Part shown: in pieces, positions 32,746-41,093 of the stretch
Position numbering within the stretch: position 1 is the first letter of the stretch
How the letters are laid out: every line of letters starts with the position of its first letter
DNA from: Terriglobia bacterium
Lineage (GTDB): Bacteria > Acidobacteriota > Terriglobia > 20CM-2-55-15
Reading direction: 5' to 3'
NCBI GenBank assembly: GCA_965206125.1
Contig: CBDBIN010000039.1
Span: 10,202-74,201 of the forward strand
Length of the DNA: 64,000 nucleotides
Notes under the pieces: model-generated
What the model saw: only the letters and a program-made list of their open reading frames with translations
The model's database searches: none
Told to the model about the DNA's origin: nothing
Made by a program: the position numbers and the translations under genes

Positions 32746-33012
32746 ATGAGCGACAAGCGTTTTGAGATCACATTCATTATTAATGGCCAGCCGTTTGAGG
32801 TCAAGGTCGGTCTGGACGAACAGATCGGGGAGGCCGTGGAAGAGGCGCTGAAGGTCTCGGGCAATTCCGGACAGGCCGCAGCGCGGTGGGAGCTGCGGGA
32901 CGAATCCGGCCAACCCATTGATACCGGGAAGAAGATCGGTGAATCGGGCATTGTTGCAGGCGCCAAACTACTCCTGAGCCTCAAGGCCGGCGTTGGCGGT
33001 AGCCGTGTCTGA
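32746..33012 (+). CDS. Ubiquitin-like (beta-grasp-sized) protein with C-terminal GG plus 3-residue tail
   Basis: 88 aa, ends LLLSLKAGVGG-SRV. First gene of an E2/JAB/E1 operon. Good RBS. Confidence 0.6.
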   Translation: MSDKRFEITFIINGQPFEVKVGLDEQIGEAVEEALKVSGNSGQAAARWELRDESGQPIDTGKKIGESGIVAGAKLLLSLKAGVGGSRV

Positions 33013-33733
33013 GCCGCAGTTCGCGGACCCGGCTGTTTCTCGACGGAAATTCGACAGGGAAATAGCCGAGTTTCGGTCGCAGGCCGACGAATACAGACGC
33101 CGCGGCTGGTTGCTCGAGGAAGCCGAATTCCCCCATGCGCTGGTGATTCTGACAACCGCCAAGACGCAACCCATCTCGATCCTGTGCGGGGTCTGGTTCG
33201 ACTACTCGAACTATGACGCGGCACCGCCATCCGTGCGTCTCGTCCACCCGTTGACCCGTGAGCCTTACACATGGTCGGAGGTGCCAACGCGGTTGCCGCG
33301 AATGCCAGCGCCGCCGGGCGTCGCACAGGCGCTGCCGCCGGGCGTCGCGCAGGCGCTGCCACCGGGCGTCGCGCAGGCGCTGCCACCGGGCGTCGCGCAG
33401 GCGCTGCCACCGGGCGTCGCGCAGGCGCTGCCACCGGGCGTCGCGCAGGCGCTGGCGCAAGGTGTCGCGCAAGCGCAACTGGTGGTGCCGATACCGCTCA
33501 TGCAAGCCTACGGCGACGACGACATTCCTTTTCTGTGCCTCGCCGGCGTGCGGGAATACCACGAGCATCCTGCCCACAGCGGCGACCACTGGTTATCGCA
33601 CCGGACTTCCGGCGCGGGGCGTCTTGTCCGGCTTCTCGAGGTCATCTCCAAGTACGGCCCGGAGACCATCCTCGGTTTTGAGGTCGAGATGACACCGAAA
33701 ATCCGACTCCGTGCGGCCAGTCCACCGGAATGA
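32993..33733 (+). CDS. E2-like (UBC-fold) conjugating enzyme with internal octapeptide repeat
   Basis: AAPPSVRLVHP (PPxxxF/HPN-like) and DIPFLCLAGVREYHEHPAHSGDHW (candidate catalytic Cys, codon 33536-33538). Start TTG 32993 or GTG 33005 overlapping the Ubl stop. Confidence 0.6.
   Translation: MAVAVSEPQFADPAVSRRKFDREIAEFRSQADEYRRRGWLLEEAEFPHALVILTTAKTQPISILCGVWFDYSNYDAAPPSVRLVHPLTREPYTWSEVPTRLPRMPAPPGVAQALPPGVAQALPPGVAQALPPGVAQALPPGVAQALPPGVAQALAQGVAQAQLVVPIPLMQAYGDDDIPFLCLAGVREYHEHPAHSGDHWLSHRTSGAGRLVRLLEVISKYGPETILGFEVEMTPKIRLRAASPPE
33311..33478 (+). repeat. 24-bp in-frame tandem repeat, 6 near-perfect units plus 1 degenerate
   Basis: Unit CCRCCGGGCGTCGCRCAGGCGCTG. Units 3-6 (33359-33454) are identical. 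Encodes PPGVAQAL x6 then AQGVAQAQ. Confidence 0.95.
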
Positions 33734-34215
33734 GTACTTTCGAGTTGATTCGAGAGTTTGTTGTTTCGGGTGACCTTTGTGACGCGACGGACCGGCAGTT
33801 ACGTGCAGCTGGACTCGATGGAAACGAGCGCTTCATACTCTGGACCGGCATAGTCCGCGACGACCGCTTGCTTGTCAGGACGATGCACTGCCCGAAACAG
33901 ACTGCCTATCGCCTGGCCAGCGGGTTGTGCGTGCGCGTCGAGGCGGACGAGCTTCATCGGCTCAACGTGTGGCTGTACGAGAACGCCGAACGGCTTGCCA
34001 TACAGGTGCACTCGCACCCCACCGAAGCCTTTCACTCGGATACCGACGACGCCTACCCCATGGTGACGACGCTTGGGGGGTTGTCTCTGGTGGTGCCCGA
34101 CTTCGCCCGGTACGGCGTTCGGGGTCCCGAAACCGCGCTGTACCGCTTGTCGATTACGGGATGGCTTGGGCTGTCGCCAACGGAGGCCAGGCGTGTCCTG
34201 CGCCTGGAGGATTGA
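33730..34215 (+). CDS. JAB/MPN (JAMM) metallopeptidase
   Basis: 161 aa. IQVHSHPTEAFHSDTDD is the HxH...SxxD JAMM motif, with upstream Glu in GNERFILW. The start ATG shares ATGA with the E2 stop. Confidence 0.85.
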   Translation: MSTFELIREFVVSGDLCDATDRQLRAAGLDGNERFILWTGIVRDDRLLVRTMHCPKQTAYRLASGLCVRVEADELHRLNVWLYENAERLAIQVHSHPTEAFHSDTDDAYPMVTTLGGLSLVVPDFARYGVRGPETALYRLSITGWLGLSPTEARRVLRLED

Positions 34216-34217
34216 CC

Positions 34218-35699
34218 ATGGCGATTCCGGACTACTTTCAACGTAATGCCGTCGCCATTTCTCAAGCCATTTCCGGCCTCGACGAACAGCGTCTTGAGGC
34301 GCGGTTGGCCGATGTGTGTATTGGCGTCACACTCGGGCCTGACGCTGGCGACGAAGAGGGTCAGGCCATGGCCGATTTGCTGGTTCGCTTATTGGCACGG
34401 CTCTATCCGTCGCTAGTCATTCGCGAGGAGGGAGCAGGTGGCGTCGGGGACCAGGTCAGTGCGTTGGCGCGCCGAATCAACCCGCGTATCGACCTGTCGG
34501 GGCAGCCGACAATAGAGGTGGTCGTCGGCACAGCGCGTCCGCGCTGGAAGACCGCTCGAACCGTGTTCGTGGGATCCAAGAGCTGGAGTGCCAGGCTGTC
34601 GACACATGACACGCAAGGATGCGGGGCGAGCAACAACCCGTTCGGGGCGGGGTTGGCGTCCTGTCTGGCGGCGGCCGACGTGTTCAGACACGTGTTCCTT
34701 CCCGGAGCAGAACAACTGGACGGCGAATACGAGATCGCCGTTCCAAATGTCGGCGAATGGGCTACTGACGACGAGGATGTCCATGGGAACGTCGGCAGCG
34801 TCGTTCTGGCCGGCGCCGGCGCCATCGGCAACGCCGCCGCATGGGCATTGTCCCGCACTCGGGTGGAGGGGTCGATCGAGATCGTCGATCACGAGTCGGT
34901 GGACCTCGGCAATCTGCAACGGTACGTACTGGCGGAACGTGACGACAAGGAGAAGCCAAAGGCCTCTTTCGTCGCCGGGGGATTCAATGGCACGCTCAGC
35001 GCGAGTGCCCATGAATGCACGCTTGCCGAGTTTCTGCAGAAGAAGAATCACAAGGTCGACAACCTCCTGCTGGCGCTCGACTCCGCGAAGGATCGTTGTG
35101 CTGCTCAGGCGTCATTGCCCCGCCGAGTAGCCAACGCGTGGACCCAGCCGGGCGACCTGGGTGTTTCCTCGCACGACTTTCTGGAAGGCGCTTGCGTCAC
35201 CTGCCTGTACCTGCCGGATGGCGAGCAGAAGAACGAGGATCAGATCATCGCGGAATCCTTCGGTGTGCCGGATCGGTTGATGCAGGTTCGGACGCTGCTG
35301 TACCAGAATGCAGGTGCGCCAAGGGATCTGCTCGTGGCGATTGCCACGGCACGGGACTTACCGCTCGCAAAGCTCCTGCCGTTCGAGGGCCGCCCGTTGC
35401 TGGCCCTGTACACGGAAGGCTTTTGCGGCGGCGCCGTGATCCCGCTAGGTGACCTTGGAAGGCCGGCGAATGACGTCCATGTTCCCTTGGCCCACCAGTC
35501 GGCGTTGGCCGGCGTGCTGCTGGCCGCCGCCGGTGTACGCATGGGCCTGAGCGGACGTGTGGACAGTGTCGTCACGCGGTATGACGTACTCAAGCCGCAG
35601 AAACGGTTTCAGGTGTCTCCAGCGGCAAAACATGCCGGGGAAAGGTGCATCTGCCAGGACGCAGATTATCGTGAGGTGTACCGCAGAAAGTACCAGTGA
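34218..35699 (+). CDS. E1-like ThiF-family adenylyltransferase
   Basis: ATG 34218, 2 nt after the JAB stop. VVLAGAGAIGNAAAWAL Rossmann loop, IEIVDHESVDLGNLQRYVL, Cys-rich GACVTCLYLPDG. The track start 33927 is a spurious extension over JAB. Confidence 0.8.
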   Translation: MAIPDYFQRNAVAISQAISGLDEQRLEARLADVCIGVTLGPDAGDEEGQAMADLLVRLLARLYPSLVIREEGAGGVGDQVSALARRINPRIDLSGQPTIEVVVGTARPRWKTARTVFVGSKSWSARLSTHDTQGCGASNNPFGAGLASCLAAADVFRHVFLPGAEQLDGEYEIAVPNVGEWATDDEDVHGNVGSVVLAGAGAIGNAAAWALSRTRVEGSIEIVDHESVDLGNLQRYVLAERDDKEKPKASFVAGGFNGTLSASAHECTLAEFLQKKNHKVDNLLLALDSAKDRCAAQASLPRRVANAWTQPGDLGVSSHDFLEGACVTCLYLPDGEQKNEDQIIAESFGVPDRLMQVRTLLYQNAGAPRDLLVAIATARDLPLAKLLPFEGRPLLALYTEGFCGGAVIPLGDLGRPANDVHVPLAHQSALAGVLLAAAGVRMGLSGRVDSVVTRYDVLKPQKRFQVSPAAKHAGERCICQDADYREVYRRKYQ

Positions 35700-35702
35700 A
35701 TG

Positions 35703-35855
35703 ACCCAACCGCCGGGATCCCCCGCGCGGGTCTCGTACTGCTCGGTCCGCGATTCCGCGCCGGCCGCGATGTTGATCATGTCGGTGGCGGCGTAGGACAC
35801 GTCGGCGTGGAGCGCGACCTCCCGCCGCCGGTTGCTGCCGAGCTGCCGGTCTGTA
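35703..35855 (-). pseudogene. TonB-dependent receptor gene fragment (about 50 codons)
   Basis: Track ORF 35666..35899 contains LGSNRRREVALHADVSYAATDMINIAAGAESRTEQYETRAGDPGGW. This is a paralog of GGNRQREFGLNFDVSYAATEMVNIAAGTEWRHEQYRTTEGEPDSW in the 5030..7672 receptor. Confidence 0.7.
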
Positions 35856-35911
35856 TCGCTGAGGTGGACGGGACGGGGATCGGATGTGTGCGACAACAAA
35901 GGAGCACAACG

Positions 35912-36625
35912 GTGGGTGGCACTGAGGGCAGCGATCTCTTGTGGTACGAATCACTGTCGGACGACGAGTCGTGGTTTTCGCTGTGGAGCGGGTACATCCG
36001 CTGCGTCTGCAGCGGATGTACCCGCTCCACAGCGGAACAATGCCCCGTTTGCGGCGAGGACCCGCCGAATCTGGACTGGAAGGTCGTGCGCGACACTGAC
36101 GGCAACGAATACCGTGTGCCACCTGCCTTCTGTGGGGCCGAGGGCCGGTACGAGGATTGGATCTACCTGCGAATGCTGGAACGGGAGTGGCTAAGGCCCG
36201 TCGAGGCGGAACTATATGACTCGATCCCAGAGGACCATCGCCCTTCCGCGCGAGCGATTGTCGTGCTGATGTTTTGGAGTTACTTCGAGACGCGTATCGA
36301 AAGGTTGTTTCGGGAGACGGTGAAGGCGGTGCCTGAGAAGGTGATGGACCACCTTCTGGATCGCTATTCCTCCGTCGGTGCGAGGATGGACAGGCTCTAT
36401 AAGATTGTTTTTTCAACGACGTATCGGGCCGATCTCAACGATCTCGGGTATGGCAAAGTAGCGGCGCTCCTAGGAAGGGTGCAAAAGTGTCGAAATAAAT
36501 TTACGCACGGCCACCCGGAAGCGATTGACGATGCACTGGTCGAAGAGCTAGTGCCAGGTCTGAAGGACGAACATGAGGGTTGGATCGCCGTCTTCAACAG
36601 GCGCCTGAAGGAAGTGCGCAAGTAA
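35912..36625 (+). CDS. Zinc-ribbon protein with HEPN-like C-terminal helical domain
   Basis: AAAGGAG then GTG 35912. CVCSGC...CPVCG zinc ribbon. C-terminal LLGRVQKCRNKFTHGHP has an RNxxxH (Rx4H) HEPN-type motif. The track start 35696 reads through the antisense TBDR scar. Confidence 0.55.
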   Translation: MGGTEGSDLLWYESLSDDESWFSLWSGYIRCVCSGCTRSTAEQCPVCGEDPPNLDWKVVRDTDGNEYRVPPAFCGAEGRYEDWIYLRMLEREWLRPVEAELYDSIPEDHRPSARAIVVLMFWSYFETRIERLFRETVKAVPEKVMDHLLDRYSSVGARMDRLYKIVFSTTYRADLNDLGYGKVAALLGRVQKCRNKFTHGHPEAIDDALVEELVPGLKDEHEGWIAVFNRRLKEVRK

Positions 36626-36899
36626 TCGGGAATGCAGCACGGCTGATCGGGCGCGGTGACAGACGAACGAGGCGCACACCGGTTCGAGCGCGGCACTCCA
36701 CCGGCCGGCACGGTGATTCCGTCACCTGGACGATTTCGGGCCGACCAGCGTGCGGCAGTTCGTCGACCGGCCAGACGTGCTCGGAGAGCGCACCGCCGAT
36801 CAAGGGCAGCAGGACGCCTTCGGGCAGGTGGACGCTTGGCTCTCGGTGCTAGGCTTGAGGTGATTCGTGACTGCGGCGTCAAGTGTCAAGATTCGCTCC

Positions 36900-37691
36900 A
36901 TGGACATGCCGATCATCGATAGGGTGTTCGGCATGGAGGGCGGCTTTGTGCTCGATTTCTCAAATCGGACTTTCGCGGAGTTCTTTCACGACGAGGTCAA
37001 CGTCGACATCGACAATCCCCATTGGGCGGTTCAGGGTGGGAGCAAGGCCAAGCGCCTTCGCTACTACTTGCGCCAGGCAGACCGTCCAGAAGCCCTCGAC
37101 ACGCTGAATGCATTGTGGGAATACCGCGAGGCGAGCAGGGTTACCGCCGACTATCCAGAACTAGATGACTCGGTACTCACGGCCTACTTCCGGATCATCG
37201 AACGGCTCGGGGGCAAGCCACCAGAGTCTGCGGTGCCCACCGCCGCGCATCGAGAACTGCGTATCGATGTCGCCGCAACGTCTGCGCTCGCCGCCCAATT
37301 GCTCGCCGTTTCCACCATGGACCCGCAAGCCCGTGGCTATGCCTTCGAGAAGTTCCTGAAGGATGTGTTCGACGCCTATGGGATGTCCGCGCGCGCCTCC
37401 TTCCGTCTCACGGGCGAGCAGATCGACGGCAGTTTCGTGCTCGGCGAACAGACCTATTTGCTCGAAGCGAGATGGAGGAACGCGAAGGTCGATGTGGAGA
37501 CGCTTCGTGCCTTCAACGCCAAGGTTGAGGACAAGGCCAGTTGGTCCCGCGGCCTTATCATCAGCCAAAGCGGCTTCACAGCGGACGGACTGCACGCATT
37601 TGGACGCGGCAAGAGTGTCGTTTGTATGAATGGACTCGATCTGCACGAGGTCTTGTCCGGCCCGCTTGATCTGGCTGAAGTCATCGCATAA
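36900..37691 (+). CDS. Mrr-like (PD-(D/E)xK) restriction endonuclease domain protein with N-terminal helical domain
   Basis: GYAFEKFLKDVFDAYG...EQIDGSFVLGEQTYLLEARWRN...SRGLIISQSGFT matches the Mrr_cat-type layout. N-terminal GGFVLDFSNRTFAEFF module. Confidence 0.6.
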   Translation: MDMPIIDRVFGMEGGFVLDFSNRTFAEFFHDEVNVDIDNPHWAVQGGSKAKRLRYYLRQADRPEALDTLNALWEYREASRVTADYPELDDSVLTAYFRIIERLGGKPPESAVPTAAHRELRIDVAATSALAAQLLAVSTMDPQARGYAFEKFLKDVFDAYGMSARASFRLTGEQIDGSFVLGEQTYLLEARWRNAKVDVETLRAFNAKVEDKASWSRGLIISQSGFTADGLHAFGRGKSVVCMNGLDLHEVLSGPLDLAEVIA

Positions 37692-38006
37692 AAGGTCAGG
37701 CGCGCAGCAGAAACCGGCGTGGCGTTCGTACCTGTGCGCGATCTCAATGTTCCCGCAACCCGAGCCCCTGCGAAGCCAGCGAGCGATTGAATACAGCAGC
37801 CCAGACGAAGCTCGCATACTGAATCCATGGTTCCAAACGCTGGGCTCTGGACCGACTACTGTCGGCAGGTCATTCGAACGATCCAAGGGTTTCGTGCCGG
37901 AGCACTTGAGAAAGCGGTTCCAGCCTTGGGCCAGATTCGACGACGTGACCCACGACTGTCCTATGTTCATAATAGGGAGTCATGGTCCCCCACATGGTCC
38001 CCATAT

Positions 38007-38291
38007 TCCCCAAGCCCGCGTGGGAAGCTGCTCTCCGACGCAACGCTGAGCCAGCTGATCAAAGAACTCGGCATCGCCGCCGTGCCGCATGGGTTCCGGT
38101 CGAGCTTCCGGGACTGGGCCGCGGAACGGACGAACACACCCCGCGAAGTGGTCGAGGCCGCACTCGCCCATACGGTACAGAATCCCACAGAGGCGGCCTA
38201 CGCGCCAACTGATCTCTTCGAGCGTCGGTGCCGCCTGATGGACGACTGGTCCGCCTACCTCTGTGGAACCCTCGGGCCCGTGATGTTATGA
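38007..38291 (+). pseudogene. P4-type integrase 3-prime fragment (second copy)
   Basis: SPRGKLLSDATLSQLIKELGIAAVPHGFRSSFRDWAAERTNTPREVVEAALAH... About 88 percent nucleotide identity by eye to 31520-31760, including a ~69-bp identical run. Confidence 0.8.
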
Positions 38292-38507
38292 CGTCGGTGA
38301 CCGTACGGCGCAGTAAGCACAGGATGCAGAAACTGTCCACACTGGCGGCAGCGAGCAATAGCGGTCTTCATCCAACCCCCCTAGCTACCTCATAATACGA
38401 GCATGTGGCCACAAGACGATGAACACGACGTGCTCTTGATTGACCGTGCAGCCGCGGCGCACGTCCCTCAGGACTCGGACGTCCGGGAGTAGGCCCTAGA
38501 CAAGCGG

Positions 38508-39572
38508 GTGTTCATCTCGAGCGTCATGGCGGAACTTGGCGAGGAGCGCGCGGCCGCAGCCAATGGTGTTCGCTCGCTGGGTGCGAAGCCCGTGATGTTC
38601 GAGGAATTCGGCGGACGCGACGCGGACCCGTTGGACGCCTACCTGGGTGAGGTCGAGACCAGCCAGATCTACGTCGGCATTCTCGGCCAGAGCTACGGCA
38701 GGCCCCTACCTACACGCTTCTCTGCAACGCACACGGAGTTCCGACACGCCGAGCAGCAGGGGCTGCGGATGGCGGTCTGGGCGCTCGCTACGCAGCATCG
38801 TGAGGGGCCACAGCAGTCGTTCCTCGACGAGGTGCGTGTGTTTCACGTGGTCCCTGCGTTCCGTTCTCCTGCGGATCTCGAGCGGCAGGTTGCCGAGCGG
38901 CTTCGCGGTATCGCGGCGGAAGATCTTGCCCCGTGGACCAAGCTGGGCTCCATTGTGTTCCGGGCCACCAAGGTCGTGCACGTCGGAAACGAGATTTCCG
39001 TTACAGCGCGTGTCCAAAGCGATGACGTAGCACACGCTTTAGAGACCGCCGCTCCGAATGATTTCGGTGCAGGAGAGGAACACCGCTTCACATGGGCCGG
39101 GCGCTGTCGCTGTGTTCGAGTGGCGAGCGTCGGGAGCACCACGACGACCGCGCGGTCCAAGTTGATGCAGCTGCAATTGGGGATCGTCGATGGGCACCAA
39201 GACCACATGCTTGAGTTCTCATTCGATGACAAGACGCCAGACGACGTGACCGACGTGGCGCTTCGCACTGCCTTGTTCGGCGAACCGAACCCGTTGGCCA
39301 GACAGCACATGGACTTCATGGTCGAAATGCCGGACCCTCTTGAGCCTTTGCGCGATGCAAGCGCACCGGACGAGATCGTGCGTTCGCTAGCCGAAGTGAT
39401 GATCATCGACGAGTTGGTTGGCTCCGGCCGGGCGGCCAGAGTGACGCAGTTCAAACTCGGGGCCTCCGTAGGAGGCCTGCGGAAGCTCGAACTAGAATGG
39501 GAACCGCGGCGCCGGTACGTTAACGAAAAACGCGGGCGCAGACACTTGGTAGAGGGACGGGTGCGACTCTAA
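38508..39572 (+). CDS. DUF4062-domain protein with unassigned C-terminal 220 aa
   Basis: VFISSVMAELGEERAAAANGVRSLGAKPVMFEEF...QIYVGILGQSYG...SATHTEFRHA matches the DUF4062 N-terminal pattern. GTG start. Confidence 0.6.
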   Translation: MFISSVMAELGEERAAAANGVRSLGAKPVMFEEFGGRDADPLDAYLGEVETSQIYVGILGQSYGRPLPTRFSATHTEFRHAEQQGLRMAVWALATQHREGPQQSFLDEVRVFHVVPAFRSPADLERQVAERLRGIAAEDLAPWTKLGSIVFRATKVVHVGNEISVTARVQSDDVAHALETAAPNDFGAGEEHRFTWAGRCRCVRVASVGSTTTTARSKLMQLQLGIVDGHQDHMLEFSFDDKTPDDVTDVALRTALFGEPNPLARQHMDFMVEMPDPLEPLRDASAPDEIVRSLAEVMIIDELVGSGRAARVTQFKLGASVGGLRKLELEWEPRRRYVNEKRGRRHLVEGRVRL

Positions 39573-40090
39573 CATTCCGAAGTGGGCCGCCACGAAACAC
39601 GGTGGCGGCGGCCGGCGTGGCTGGAGGAAGCTCCACCTTGGCTGCGATCGACCGGGACTTCGCCGCCCCCTGGAATCAGCTGTGTGGCGCGAACGTTTTG
39701 CTGGTAACTAAACAGGAGGCTTGCGGCGCGATGCCAAGAAAGACGTTTATTTCATAAGGCTTGGCGGATTCGGTCTCGCGCGATCGATCCGACGCGAGGT
39801 GCGAGATTACAAACCTTCGGTCAATCAGCTTAGTACTGTTCTCTCCGATAGCGAGAAGCACCGACTTGGTTTCTGACCGAGGTCGACGAGGTCGAGATCA
39901 TCAGACTGCGCAGCTCTACCGATAGCCTGAATAATGCGGCACTTCGAAAACACGTGATGGTAAAGGACACCGCCTTACTGAATCTCGTCATCGAGGTGCC
40001 AGATAGATGACCCGTGTCTTTGTGAGTTCCGTGTCCGTCGGCCTCGAAGCCATTCGCGCACAGATCATTGTCGATCTTCAAACGGCTAAC

Positions 40091-40806
40091 TTCGACTGAA
40101 GCCGGGCGCTCACGGATCGAGATCATGTCTTCGATCTGTCCCTTTCCATGGCCTTTCCGGCTCGCTTTTCCAGATCGGCGAATCGTGCGTCTTGTCCGCA
40201 GATACTGAGTCAGTTCTTTCTTCAAAACCCCGCGGGCCTGGACAAAAAGCCTGCGATAGATCGTCTCGTGGGACACGTGAAGCGACTCGTCTTCCGGATA
40301 TGAGTGTTTCAGCCAACCGGCGATTTGCTCGGGCAACCAGACCTGCCGCAGCTTCTCTTCAACAAGCTGCCGTAAGCGGGGACTGCGGGCTAACCGGCAC
40401 GACTTCGGACGGCGCGCCCGCTCCCAGGTCCGCTCATCGGCTTCCGATGCCCGATAGCTATCAGAGCCCCCGTTTCGGCTGACCTCCCGGCTCACCGTCG
40501 ATGGCGACCGCCCAGTCGCACGGCAATCGGCCGGATCGATTCTTTGGCCGCAATACCTCTGGAGATCTCTTCACGTTCGACCAGAGTCAGTGCCCGCGAT
40601 GACCGGCAACGGGACTGCGGACGGATGCCCCCGTACACGGCCAGTTGACGATGAATCGCCGATCCCCCTCTGTCCAGCACGCGTCCGATCGATTGGGACG
40701 ACTCCCCCCGCTGCCAGCGATCCCACACCTCCACCCGCTCGGTCGCTGTGAACCATCGCCGCTTCCTCATCCGCTTGTTCTTTCCTTTCTTGGCCATACA
40801 CTTCAC
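40091..40806 (-). pseudogene. IS30-family transposase N-terminal part, frameshifted, DDE domain missing
   Basis: Track ORFs 40492..40806 and 39830..40495 are abutting frames. HTH regions, WLPEQIAGWLK, VSHETIYRRLF, ISIRERPASVE. Homology ends at about 40091. Confidence 0.7.
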
Positions 40807-41093
40807 CTCTCTTCTTATGTGAAGTGTTGCATCGACCCCTTGAAATCACCGACCTTATCATTCATAGAATGCCCCCTGCTCCATCCAAGGATCTGTCCGT
40901 AGACGCGGTGGTGCGGGAGCTTTCGTGGTTGGCCATTTGCTGAGCGACCGGATCGGGCGCCAGCAGGGCCGGGAGACGGCCGTCACGGATCCGCTCCACA
41001 GGTATTGTCGTGGCGGTGCGGAGGACAGCCAGCCAGGCAAGACACCTCTCATGGCTCCTTGTTTTTCTCTGCTGGCCGCATTACCCTTGTAGT

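Noticed and set aside
33311-33478. Possible CRISPR array
   Set aside because: The repeats are directly abutting with no spacers, the unit is 24 bp, and they lie in frame inside a coding gene. This is a tandem repeat, not CRISPR.
32616-33692. Four long ORFs (32616..33434-, 32981..33589-, 33258..33692+, 33271..33681+) with AAPARRPV / RRCHRASR-type repeats
   Set aside because: They exist only because the 24-bp tandem repeat lacks stops in other frames. The E2-like frame is the one with flanking conserved motifs and operon coupling.
33927-34217. Track start of the E1 ORF at 33927 (590 aa)
   Set aside because: The extension overlaps the JAB gene in another frame and is Arg/Ala-rich. ATG 34218 directly after the JAB stop gives a sensible N-terminus.
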